Shown here in pieces: positions 39,170-48,386 of a stretch of DNA of 64,000 nucleotides. Under the pieces are notes generated by a model. The model worked only from the letters and a program-made list of their open reading frames with translations. It was not told where the DNA came from and ran no database searches. How positions within the stretch are numbered: the stretch's first letter is position 1; the number at the start of each line of letters is the position of its first letter. The stretch spans positions 32,001-96,000 of the forward strand of contig JBGSUI010000014.1 of assembly GCA_041736175.1 (NCBI GenBank), in the 5' to 3' direction. The DNA comes from Oligoflexales bacterium. GTDB lineage: Bacteria > Bdellovibrionota_B > Oligoflexia > Oligoflexales > CAIYRB01. A program made the translations under genes and the position numbers.

Positions 39170-39859
39170 ATGATGACTTCAAAAAATGGCTATCCATGGC
39201 GGCATTCTTGGCGAACAGGAGTTTTGGGTGCGCTTATGATCTGGGCCATGCCCAGCCTTGGTCAAGGGCAGACCAAGACCCCTAGTGAACAAAAGGTCGA
39301 AACCCAGTCTGCAAATCCCAAGGCCGCTGTAGAGCCTCTAAACTACGCGACCCTCAATCACACCGTGAGTATCCGTACTCTGAGGGCCGGTAGCCATGAT
39401 GATAGCGGATCAAGTGAATATTATTTCACTGTCGATCTCTATACGCTAGTCAACACCGCCGAAGAGCGCAATCTCACCTTAGAAAAGCGCAAGAAAATGA
39501 TGCTCAATCTAGGGCAATTTGGTGAAACGAGTATCGATTCTCTGGCTTTTTGGAATGAAGACCTCAAAAAGGGAGAGATTAAGTCCTTTAGCGTCGATGG
39601 AAATACCATCCGCGAACTAGCAGCTAAAACCCTCCGTTCCTTTTCCATCCAAGAATCCGACCTAACGGCTATGATCGAAATATCGATGTACAAAAAGCAA
39701 AAAAAAATGTTTTTCTTTGGGGATAATATCAAGCTGGCAGCCACCAGCTACTATCCAATACCTCCCACTAAATTTGATGCCCCCATTCGCACCAACCATA
39801 CCTTGACCCTGGTCGATACCATGGGAACGATGGTCAAGTTAGCCATCCAATATAAATAG
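39170..39859 (+). CDS. Hypothetical secreted protein
   Basis: Signal peptide-like N-terminus; 229 aa. Confidence 0.75.
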   Translation: MMTSKNGYPWRHSWRTGVLGALMIWAMPSLGQGQTKTPSEQKVETQSANPKAAVEPLNYATLNHTVSIRTLRAGSHDDSGSSEYYFTVDLYTLVNTAEERNLTLEKRKKMMLNLGQFGETSIDSLAFWNEDLKKGEIKSFSVDGNTIRELAAKTLRSFSIQESDLTAMIEISMYKKQKKMFFFGDNIKLAATSYYPIPPTKFDAPIRTNHTLTLVDTMGTMVKLAIQYK

Positions 39860-39867
39860 AAACCCAT

Positions 39868-41091
39868 CTATGCAGCCTGGTCCGTTTTTACAGTTTCTTT
39901 GACCTTCTTTGCGAGTGCAGGATCGAATGGCAACCCTTTTTCAGAGAGCGCTCTTGTGACTCGCACAAACGCTGCAAAAGCTTTTTGATGATTAGGCTCT
40001 AAAAGACAAGCTTGGCCAAGGGTTTCGTATGCGGCAACAAGATCTCCTTTTTTTGTGTAAGCAAGACCTAGATTATAAAAGAGCAAATAAACTTGTTTGC
40101 GCTTTGCAAAGATTCTGATGGCGTTCGTGTAGCTTTCGATGGCTTTGTCGAAATCCTGTTTGGTTGTTAGTGCGATCCCTAGGTTGTTTAAATTTCTGAC
40201 AATGTCATCGATATTTTCACAATCCTGCAGGAGCTCCGTCGCTAGATCGATATCCCCCTCGATAAAAGCAACTTCGCCAAGTCCTGATCGACCAGCGGCA
40301 GATCCACGGTCGATTTTCATAATCGATTGGAAAGTTTTTTTGGCTTCTTCCAATTGGTTTGCATTTTTATAGGCATGACCCAACGTATCAAGAATCGAGA
40401 GCATTTCTGGGCATCGTTCAAGGAGTTGTACCATACTAGAAATCGCTTCTTGATGATTGCCAAGTTTAGCTGCGAGACGAGCCTTTACTTGATTGGCTAG
40501 GACATGATGGGGCTTTTCCGCAAGACACAAATCGACTTGAACTTTAGCGGTATCGAGTTCGCCCTTTTCAAACATAATAGCTCCCATAAGAGCCGCAGAT
40601 TCTGCTTTTGTGGGTGGTTGTTCTACCAGAGATTGGAGGAGCTTAAGGGCCTGGTCCCACTGCTTAGATCCGTAATGGGCATAGGCCAATTCTAGTGATT
40701 TCATTTCAGGGCTTTTCTTTTCTTCCTGCTCGATCAGTTTTTTGACCAACGCTGTCAATGCCACTCGATCGACAGGAGCCGGTAGGAGAGTCAGGGAGCC
40801 GAGTTCGTTAAGAAGCCGCATCTCCTCCCCTTTGATTCGTTGGCTATATATAATGAGAGGAAGATATTTTTGGGCGGGATTTGACCGCAACTTTTGTACA
40901 AAAACCCTTCCCGGCATTTTTTTACAGTCCCAGGAGGTGATCAAGCATTCAATTCTCTTAGCTTCAATAAGACCCAAGCCCTCTTCACTATTTTCTACGC
41001 AGGTCACGTCGCTGATTCTGAGCTCTCCGAGAATGCTTTTGATAGCATAGGTATTTTCAGAAATTTCATCAACGATCAAAAAGCGTTTCAT
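39868..41091 (-). CDS. Pseudo-receiver domain + TPR repeat protein
   Basis: FLIVDE...ITSW...MPG receiver fold lacking the phospho-Asp; multiple TPRs (LNNLGIAL, FYNLGLAY). Confidence 0.8.
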   Translation of the reverse strand: MKRFLIVDEISENTYAIKSILGELRISDVTCVENSEEGLGLIEAKRIECLITSWDCKKMPGRVFVQKLRSNPAQKYLPLIIYSQRIKGEEMRLLNELGSLTLLPAPVDRVALTALVKKLIEQEEKKSPEMKSLELAYAHYGSKQWDQALKLLQSLVEQPPTKAESAALMGAIMFEKGELDTAKVQVDLCLAEKPHHVLANQVKARLAAKLGNHQEAISSMVQLLERCPEMLSILDTLGHAYKNANQLEEAKKTFQSIMKIDRGSAAGRSGLGEVAFIEGDIDLATELLQDCENIDDIVRNLNNLGIALTTKQDFDKAIESYTNAIRIFAKRKQVYLLFYNLGLAYTKKGDLVAAYETLGQACLLEPNHQKAFAAFVRVTRALSEKGLPFDPALAKKVKETVKTDQAA

Positions 41092-41188
41092 GATTCGACC
41101 TTTTCACTCAAAAGGCTACCTTGGTTATGGCAGGCTTAACTTGTTTCACTGTCAACTCCTGATTATACATGGAAACTTGATTATTTTG

Positions 41189-41998
41189 CTAATCTTCCAG
41201 TTTATTGATGAAGTCTGGATTTCCAGAGCAAAATAAGTTTAGCTGATCCACTAAGTCTAAACTATTCCCCCCATACCAGGACATCAATTTCCCATTAATT
41301 TTGTAAATTTCAGGAATGGTGGGCCATTCTCTTTGAAGTCGCAGAGCATCGCGACGACGAAACGGATAGGGTTCTGTGGAGAGAAGAATTAGATCAGCGT
41401 CGCATTTTTGCAGATCTTCGAGGCTAAGCTGAGGGTAACGTGGGTGAGGGGGTGAGATTTTTGGTGCTGCATTGGTCCAACCTATAAACTCAAGGACACT
41501 ACTGATATAAGTATCGTGGCCCGCAATCATATAGGGATTGCGCCAAATAAAATAAAGAAAGCGCCTCATTTTAAATTTTGGATCCATGGGAGGACTGTTT
41601 TTTTTGAGTTGGTCGAGGCTCGTGGTAAGTTGCTGACTTAGCTCTATGGCTTGAGGCTGACTGTCCAGAAAATTTCCAAGGTCGCAAAGCATTGAGGGGA
41701 CTTGGTCGAGGGTCTTAGGAAAAGTCTCCAAGACGGACGCAAGGTTTAGGCATTGGGCGATAGCTTCGGGCGGGTTTTCTTCGCTATTCACTAAAATATG
41801 AGTCGGTTTAAGACCCCGTATCTTTTCTATAGAAGGATCTTTGGTACCACCCACAAGAGTCACATGGCGATGAAGTCCAGGCGGATCGACGCAAAATTGG
41901 GTGCAACCAACAATCTCGTCCCTTAAGCCCATTTGGGCAACGGTCTGGGTCAGGCTAGGCACTAAGCTAATAATTCGTTTACCCATAGGTCTATCCAT
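41189..41998 (-). CDS. Helical-backbone metal receptor / BtuF-like substrate-binding protein (ORF track extends to 42100)
   Basis: RIISLVPSLT, VG.TQFC.DP, GGTKDP, N.EEN, YFIWRNPYM, LSTEPYPF, SWYG. Confidence 0.85.
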   Translation of the reverse strand: MDRPMGKRIISLVPSLTQTVAQMGLRDEIVGCTQFCVDPPGLHRHVTLVGGTKDPSIEKIRGLKPTHILVNSEENPPEAIAQCLNLASVLETFPKTLDQVPSMLCDLGNFLDSQPQAIELSQQLTTSLDQLKKNSPPMDPKFKMRRFLYFIWRNPYMIAGHDTYISSVLEFIGWTNAAPKISPPHPRYPQLSLEDLQKCDADLILLSTEPYPFRRRDALRLQREWPTIPEIYKINGKLMSWYGGNSLDLVDQLNLFCSGNPDFINKLED

Positions 41999-42100
41999 TG
42001 TGGCCGATTTATTGCAAGGCGGATCTAAGATCTGGGGAGACTCATCCCACGAACCCTTTTTTTCAGATCGCCCCAAAGTTAGAAGGAGAGAATAAATCAT

Positions 42101-43087
42101 ATGATATCAAAAAGATATACAAGTTTTAAGGTTATCAAATCCATTTTAAATTTATTAAGTCGTCACGTGGGTCACCAAGCGCAACACCTCCGTCCACCGG
42201 CTGAACGCAGACCTCGACCAAATCATTTACGGGTTGTCACTTTTACCGTGGGGATCTTTGTTGGTTGCGCTGGCAAAGAGGACTCTGGATGGCAGCCCTC
42301 CAGCGATAAGAGTTCTCCCCTTACCTTATACCAGGCGTGGGGCGTCGAACAAACAACCTTGGAAAATATCCTCACTGATCTTGGAAACAAAACCGTCGCG
42401 TCCTATGAGGCAAAAAGCGCTGCTGCCGCCTTGGTCCACAACTTTGATTTTCAAAATCTGGCGGTTAACCTAACAGCAAACGAGATTTCGTTGTTACGCA
42501 AAAAAATCAATCAGGAGCGGCAAAAAAACAATCAACCGAGATATGCCAGAGAAATTTGGCAAAGTATCTCGATCAATCCAGGAGAACTTTCGGTTATAGA
42601 AATCGAACAAGCGCAAAAAGCGCTCGGGGATTGGCTTAAATTAAACTTGGGCCAAGAAAGTCCCCACGACCGATTCGCAGAGGTTTTTCTCGTGGATCCA
42701 GATGAAAATGAGAATGCTGGCGGCGAACTTTCAATGTTCGGCAAAGTTAAGAGCGCTATCGTCAGTGGCTGGCAACTGTTGCAACTCGGTGGCAAAATTG
42801 ACCGACTTCAAAATGAACAGAACCTTGCGAAAGGCGTCTCTCAACTGGCGGATATTGCACTAAGCCCAGAAACCTATAAAACCCTAGCCCAGAACTCCGA
42901 AAAAATTGCCGTAGCCTCAGAACTGGCCGATAAAATTGCACCCCAAAGCGAGCTGGCTGCAAATCTAAAGGCCGCTCGGACGATCAATCAGTTTGTGATT
43001 GGACCAGCCTCACAAGCAGGCAATATAGTCCATCAAATGGCTAAATTTATCGGTCCGCCGAGGAATTCATCTTTTGATGAGCCGTGA
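42101..43087 (+). CDS. Hypothetical lipoprotein-like protein
   Basis: 328 aa ORF with FVGC lipobox-like motif; start uncertain. Confidence 0.6.
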   Translation: MISKRYTSFKVIKSILNLLSRHVGHQAQHLRPPAERRPRPNHLRVVTFTVGIFVGCAGKEDSGWQPSSDKSSPLTLYQAWGVEQTTLENILTDLGNKTVASYEAKSAAAALVHNFDFQNLAVNLTANEISLLRKKINQERQKNNQPRYAREIWQSISINPGELSVIEIEQAQKALGDWLKLNLGQESPHDRFAEVFLVDPDENENAGGELSMFGKVKSAIVSGWQLLQLGGKIDRLQNEQNLAKGVSQLADIALSPETYKTLAQNSEKIAVASELADKIAPQSELAANLKAARTINQFVIGPASQAGNIVHQMAKFIGPPRNSSFDEP

Positions 43088-43088
43088 T

Positions 43089-44312
43089 TTAGGGGGTCAC
43101 ACTAAATTCCATTTGCCACCAGGTCTGAACCAGGGCGCAAGGGCCACCATTAGCATTACCACCACAGGAATTGCCACCTGAATGGGTGACTCCGTTTAGC
43201 CCGCCCATTTTGTTGATAAGCTCATTATTGGAGGCAGTGCCACCTTTGTTTGGTGGCTGGATAAAGAGAGACGCATAGTAGCCGTTATAATTTTTAGCCC
43301 CATGGCAAGGAGCGCAGGAGTTAAGAGCTGGCAAAACCGTGCCCGTAAAATAAGCTTGGCCTGCTGCAGTCGGTGCCCACGCCGTATAGGCTGTCCCACT
43401 TTCGTTAAGAAGCTGCTCGGTACCCTCGATGGTCGCGTAGACAAAAAGAGTGTTAGGCTTGCCGTTGCGGTGGAGTGCTGGTAGTTCTGCTGAAAATCCA
43501 TGAAAACCTGGAGTCCCCTCGTCTTCTGCGTTGACAAAAGCCATCGCAGAGCCAGCATCGGTCCCAGTGCCTTTGGGACCCCCCACATAAAATTTAACCA
43601 TCACTTGTTCGTCCAAGTTTTTGGGGTTTGCAGCCCAACCTAAAACCTTACCCCCTGCAGTCACCTCGAGCACTCTTCCGATCCGGGCACCTGAATCAGA
43701 GGCATTTGCGCCCATTTCGATTTTCCACCATTCAGCGATCTCCTTGCAGGGGGAGTTGGTGACGGCTCCCTTGCACTGATCGCCGCCTCCGTGCTGGACC
43801 ACTCCACGTACCTTTTCTATAAGTTTATTGGTCACACTCCCATTCCCGTTTGTGAGCTGCGTCTTCATCGATCCATAACTATAGACCGTTAAGGGGCCTT
43901 TGACGTCACTGGCCTGTCTTGGTTCGGTGTGACACGATATGCATGACTTTCGAAAGAGGGGTTCGACTGTTGCCGTAAAAAAATCCTGACCGGTTAGAGC
44001 CTTTGGCATCGGTTCTTTAATATCTTCAGGTTGGGACCCTGGAGGTTCGTCTTTTGCTTGTTGGTCCTTGTCAGCTTTAATAGCATCTTGTTGAGGAGTC
44101 TTTGCAGTTTGGGTATTGGTTTTAGTGTCCGTTTTGGTGGCGGATCCTTTTGCTGCTTTTTGCGAAGCCGCTGCGGTTTCGTTGTTTGATTTACGGTCGA
44201 TTTGTTCATTTGAAGAACTGCACCTTAGGAGAGTCCAGCCCGTGAGGAGAGCGATCATCAGATTGAAAGTAAATCTAAATTGGTTAGATAAATAAATCTT
44301 TATAAAGTTCAT
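43089..44312 (-). CDS. Lipoprotein with two c-type heme-binding motifs
   Basis: LLRC lipobox-like motif; CISCH and CAPCH in two homologous repeats. Confidence 0.8.
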   Translation of the reverse strand: MNFIKIYLSNQFRFTFNLMIALLTGWTLLRCSSSNEQIDRKSNNETAAASQKAAKGSATKTDTKTNTQTAKTPQQDAIKADKDQQAKDEPPGSQPEDIKEPMPKALTGQDFFTATVEPLFRKSCISCHTEPRQASDVKGPLTVYSYGSMKTQLTNGNGSVTNKLIEKVRGVVQHGGGDQCKGAVTNSPCKEIAEWWKIEMGANASDSGARIGRVLEVTAGGKVLGWAANPKNLDEQVMVKFYVGGPKGTGTDAGSAMAFVNAEDEGTPGFHGFSAELPALHRNGKPNTLFVYATIEGTEQLLNESGTAYTAWAPTAAGQAYFTGTVLPALNSCAPCHGAKNYNGYYASLFIQPPNKGGTASNNELINKMGGLNGVTHSGGNSCGGNANGGPCALVQTWWQMEFSVTP

Positions 44313-44352
44313 GGTGAAGACTCCAATTTTTTTTGTACAAGCACTTAGATTA

Positions 44353-44380
44353 TCATCGGCTAGGTGGTTGGCCGTGTTTA
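44353..44380 (-). promoter_or_regulatory. Putative sigma28-type promoter
   Basis: TAAA-N16-GCCGATGA, 40 bp upstream of the diheme lipoprotein gene. Confidence 0.55.
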
Positions 44381-44591
44381 ATTAAATTCTGTTTTAGATT
44401 TATCTCCAATAAAATCATTTAGCTATAACCATGAAAATGTGTCCATTTTTAAGATGTTTGATCGGATCGAAGGGCTTGGGCCAGATCAAAGGCTAGATGG
44501 TCCATCCCGTGGAGCGGTAGCTAAATAAAAAGAAAAATAATTTTATAACAGTATGTAATTAAATATAAAAATATAATCATTAAAATTTATC

Positions 44592-44619
44592 TAAATTGCT
44601 GCTGACAAAGAACCGAAAA
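44592..44619 (+). promoter_or_regulatory. Putative sigma28-type promoter
   Basis: TAAA-N16-ACCGAAAA upstream of the 44728 operon. Confidence 0.4.
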
Positions 44620-44727
44620 ATTCAAAACAAGGGGGTCTTGGATGAGATAACAATCGAGACACTGCCGACGTTCGCATTCTTTGGGATGAATCATTTGTGG
44701 ATATTTTTATAAAGGGGGGTAGGAATT

Positions 44728-45945
44728 ATGAAAAAATGGAATATCTGGGATCGTAAGGGTTTAAAAATGAACTTGGGGATCGCTCTAGGAGCTGCACTCC
44801 TATCGCCTCTCGTGGTCGCAGCACCTCGGGATGTGGCCGATAAGATGTGCAACCGTATCAATGGAGTCCCGCCGACGCCGGAGCTCCTCACTTCGGTGAC
44901 AGCTTTAGTGGAGCAGGGTAAGGCGAAAGAGGGGGCACTTGCTTGTATCAATGTGCCAGAAGGATATTTTTATAACGATATTCTGAAAGGTCTGTTTTTA
45001 AAATGGCAGACTCCTGACGATTCTAATCGAGTGGAGCTTTCAGACTTTACGACGACACTTATTGGCTTCGTTAAAGAAGACATTCCTTTTAATACTGTTA
45101 TGTCAGCTGACATCGTGTTTATCAGCAATCTGACGGGTACTCCAGCCTATTCGTTGGGTAAACCTACCAACGTAGCAACTCCCGATATGTTTCGGTTTCT
45201 AGAGACCTCTCAAGCTCCGATTCACTCAAGCATCGTAAGGGCTGCCCAAACCACAGCCGCAGGGGCAACATCCCTGCCCGCGGATGCAGTGGCAGGGGTC
45301 TTAACGACCCGAGAGTTTGCCGCCTCCTACTACTCCGCTGGAACTCTCCGCAGAGGAACAGCGGCTATTTTAGCCAATTTCTTGTGTTCGGACTTGGAGG
45401 TGCTCCATGATACCACCCGTCCCGATACCCGGGTTCGCCGCGATGTGACCCGTTCGCCAGGTGGTGATAGTGCCCTATACCGCAATCGCTGCTCGGGCTG
45501 CCATGCGGGCATGGATCCTCTCACAGGTGCTTTTTCCTTCCATGACTGGGATGACACGACGACACCAGCAGTCCCCAGATTGGTTTATACCCCTGGAGTC
45601 GTGCGACCTAAAGTGAATCGCAATGCCACGGAATTTCCTGAGGGCTACATTACCACGGATAACTCCTGGTCCAATCTGTGGGCCGACGGGCCTTCCGCTA
45701 AAAAACTGGGCTGGACGGGAGCCAACAGTGGAGTCGGTGTCAAGTCTCTGGGAGAAGCCTTAGGTAACACGGAGGCTTTTGCAAAATGTATGGCGAAGAA
45801 TGCCATTGAGACCATGTGTATTCGCAAGGCTGTTAGCCAAGGTGACCTGGATGCCATAGACTCACTAGCCCAGGGCTTTAAGGCCAATAACTATAACTTA
45901 AAAAATACCTTTGCCGATGCTGCCGTCTACTGCAGTAAAGAATAA
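44728..45945 (+). CDS. Exported monoheme c-type cytochrome-like protein (DUF1588/DUF1585-like architecture)
   Basis: Signal peptide; AGVLTT...NFLC...CSGCH.GMDPL and C-terminal FAKC..K...CIR. Confidence 0.7.
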   Translation: MKKWNIWDRKGLKMNLGIALGAALLSPLVVAAPRDVADKMCNRINGVPPTPELLTSVTALVEQGKAKEGALACINVPEGYFYNDILKGLFLKWQTPDDSNRVELSDFTTTLIGFVKEDIPFNTVMSADIVFISNLTGTPAYSLGKPTNVATPDMFRFLETSQAPIHSSIVRAAQTTAAGATSLPADAVAGVLTTREFAASYYSAGTLRRGTAAILANFLCSDLEVLHDTTRPDTRVRRDVTRSPGGDSALYRNRCSGCHAGMDPLTGAFSFHDWDDTTTPAVPRLVYTPGVVRPKVNRNATEFPEGYITTDNSWSNLWADGPSAKKLGWTGANSGVGVKSLGEALGNTEAFAKCMAKNAIETMCIRKAVSQGDLDAIDSLAQGFKANNYNLKNTFADAAVYCSKE

Positions 45946-46014
45946 TGGGAAATATGCGCAGATTAGACTGATCGAAATATAAACAAATAAATGCAACATA
46001 TAAGGAAACACGCC

Positions 46015-46821
46015 ATGAAACATACTGTTAGAAATTTAGCTTATTTCATATTGCCGATGACCCTAGGGTTTTTAGGGAGCTGTAGCCAAAAAAAGTCTTC
46101 GAGGCCAGGAGGCGCAGCGCCGACTGCGGGGCAAAACCAGACCCAAGATGAGATCGACGCTGATGCAGAAGGTGAGGCGGCTGATACCAGTACCGCCAAT
46201 GCTAATGAGAATCCAGTCGCGGAAGGGGCACCCACCAATCCAGCCAATCCTGCCAATCCTGAGGGTCCCAAAAATCCAGAGATGATGCCTGAGGCTCCAC
46301 CTTCAGCACCTGCACCAAAGGTTTTTAGTTTGATGGGGGTCCGCAATTTTGAAAGTATCAATTCGACCATGTCGGCACTCACAGGGGTCCCAAAGACTAC
46401 CCCTACGATTGTGACGGCCTTTAATGCAAACAAAGTGGCACTACCCACCCACTCGTTTGCAGAAAATCTTAGTAGCTCTGCAGTCGTTGGTCTCTTTAAA
46501 CTTGCAGCTACCTATTGTGATGAACTTGCAAAGTCGGTAACTCTGCGACCAGCAGTGTATGGCACTTTTAATTTTGCAGGTTTACCACAAGCTGTGCTCA
46601 CTCCAGATGGAATGCGTCAAGTTGCTGATGCTCTTGTCACCAAATTTTGGGGAAAAGATTTAGCACGGCTACCGCCCCACGATGCAAATGTCACGCAGAT
46701 GGTCACGACCATGACAGAATTAAAAACCCTGATTCCAGGAAATACAGCCGCCGATACAGTGAAAATCATCAACGGATCCTGTACAGCGGCCCTCATGTCC
46801 ACCGGTTCAGTCGTCTATTAA
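46015..46821 (+). CDS. Hypothetical lipoprotein
   Basis: AAGGA RBS, LGSC lipobox, acidic/Pro linker, globular domain RNFESINSTMSALTGV...LAATYC. Confidence 0.75.
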   Translation: MKHTVRNLAYFILPMTLGFLGSCSQKKSSRPGGAAPTAGQNQTQDEIDADAEGEAADTSTANANENPVAEGAPTNPANPANPEGPKNPEMMPEAPPSAPAPKVFSLMGVRNFESINSTMSALTGVPKTTPTIVTAFNANKVALPTHSFAENLSSSAVVGLFKLAATYCDELAKSVTLRPAVYGTFNFAGLPQAVLTPDGMRQVADALVTKFWGKDLARLPPHDANVTQMVTTMTELKTLIPGNTAADTVKIINGSCTAALMSTGSVVY

Positions 46822-46872
46822 TGAACTTATTAACTTTAAAAATACATCAAATTTTATAGGGAGACAAAAATC

Positions 46873-48339
46873 ATGGGAACGAAAAAAAACCTCGAAACAA
46901 ACAAAATTCAAATCAATCATCCAATGACAACACGGAGAGATTTTTTGGCACAAGGCGTGATCCAAGGGGGGGCTTTTGCTGTCGTCCCAAGCACTCTTTT
47001 GATGGCTACCAATAAAGCTTTAGGAGCCTTTGATCCAGCGAAGTGTACCCCCACGGGAGGCAGCACAAAACGTGGTCCAGCTTTTTTAGCGATCGATTGC
47101 GCTGGCGGGAGTAACCTATTGGGCTCTAATTTTATCGTTGGAGGAAAAGGGGGGCAGATGGATTTTCTTACCCCAGGGAGTTATGCAACCATTGGCTTAA
47201 CAACGGCGATCGAGCCACAGACGGTCGCTCCAGATGTTTCCTACGGCGTGGCGATGCACCCAAGCTCAGGCATCCTTGCTGGCCTCAACGCAGCGATTAC
47301 TGATGCCACGATCAAGGCGAAAATCTCGGGGGTCGTCGCCTGTGCACAAACAAACGACGATTCTAGCGCTAATCCACTAAACGTTAATCAATTGATCTCC
47401 AAGATCGCTCCACCAGCGGGTTTGGTGGGCAATTTAGGTGTACGGGCCTCCGCTTCAGGGGGCAGGCACGCAGTCGTGCCGGCTACAGTCAATGCGGCCT
47501 ACTCGCCGGTTATTTTGACCAGACCAGATGACGCTCTTAAGCTTGTGGATCCGGGGCTCTTCACTGCGAGAGAAGCGGAAGCAGTGATCAAGGCTGCGAG
47601 TCGTATGTCCGATTCCCAGCTATCTCTATTTCAAGCAAAAACAGTCCCTGATCAAATCAAAGAATTGATGAACTGTGGATATGTTTCAGGAAGCGGTTTT
47701 CTTTCAAAGTTTACCCCTGACAGACTCAGTGCGACTGCAGATACTAGGATAACGGCGATTTTTCCAGCAATCGCAACCAATGCAAACGATGCCCGTCTTG
47801 CCACCCTTACTAAGCTTTTGATTGATGGCAACGCCAGTGCAGCAACCTATGAAATCGGTGGTTGCGACTATCATGGGCAAGGGACCACTGTACAACACGC
47901 TAAAAATATCGAGATCGGAACAGCCATTGGACGATTTTTTAGGGCCTGTGCTGCGGCCAATGTCCCCGGTATGGTTTTTATCACGACTGATGGTGGTGTG
48001 AGCGCCAATGGCGGTGCATCGAATAGTGCAACGGTGCCTTTCTTTGCCTTTAACAGTGATAACGGCCAACGCAGTGGCGCGGTGATTATGGCCTTTGATC
48101 CAGTAACAAAACCCAATGCCATACCAGGAAACCAGATCGGAGCTTATACCGCAGCAGGTGCTTGCGATACCACCAGCAGTCCCCTTGCTAACTCCCCCTC
48201 TAATTTAGGTCTTTGGGCTGCGGCGACCTATGCTGGCCTCCTAGGCCAAGCTGACAAGATGGCGACCTTTCTCAATGGCAACAATCCGCTAGCAAGTTTA
48301 AAAGACAGTGGCGCAGCTTTTGGCAATGTCAAAGTTTAA
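46873..48339 (+). CDS. Tat-exported DUF1501/DUF1552-like protein
   Basis: TRRDFL twin-arginine signal; IDCAGG, GGCDYH, TTDG motifs. Confidence 0.7.
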   Translation: MGTKKNLETNKIQINHPMTTRRDFLAQGVIQGGAFAVVPSTLLMATNKALGAFDPAKCTPTGGSTKRGPAFLAIDCAGGSNLLGSNFIVGGKGGQMDFLTPGSYATIGLTTAIEPQTVAPDVSYGVAMHPSSGILAGLNAAITDATIKAKISGVVACAQTNDDSSANPLNVNQLISKIAPPAGLVGNLGVRASASGGRHAVVPATVNAAYSPVILTRPDDALKLVDPGLFTAREAEAVIKAASRMSDSQLSLFQAKTVPDQIKELMNCGYVSGSGFLSKFTPDRLSATADTRITAIFPAIATNANDARLATLTKLLIDGNASAATYEIGGCDYHGQGTTVQHAKNIEIGTAIGRFFRACAAANVPGMVFITTDGGVSANGGASNSATVPFFAFNSDNGQRSGAVIMAFDPVTKPNAIPGNQIGAYTAAGACDTTSSPLANSPSNLGLWAAATYAGLLGQADKMATFLNGNNPLASLKDSGAAFGNVKV

Positions 48340-48386
48340 GCCAATTTAATGGCTTTGAAAGACAATCTAAAGGGGGCAAGTTTTTT

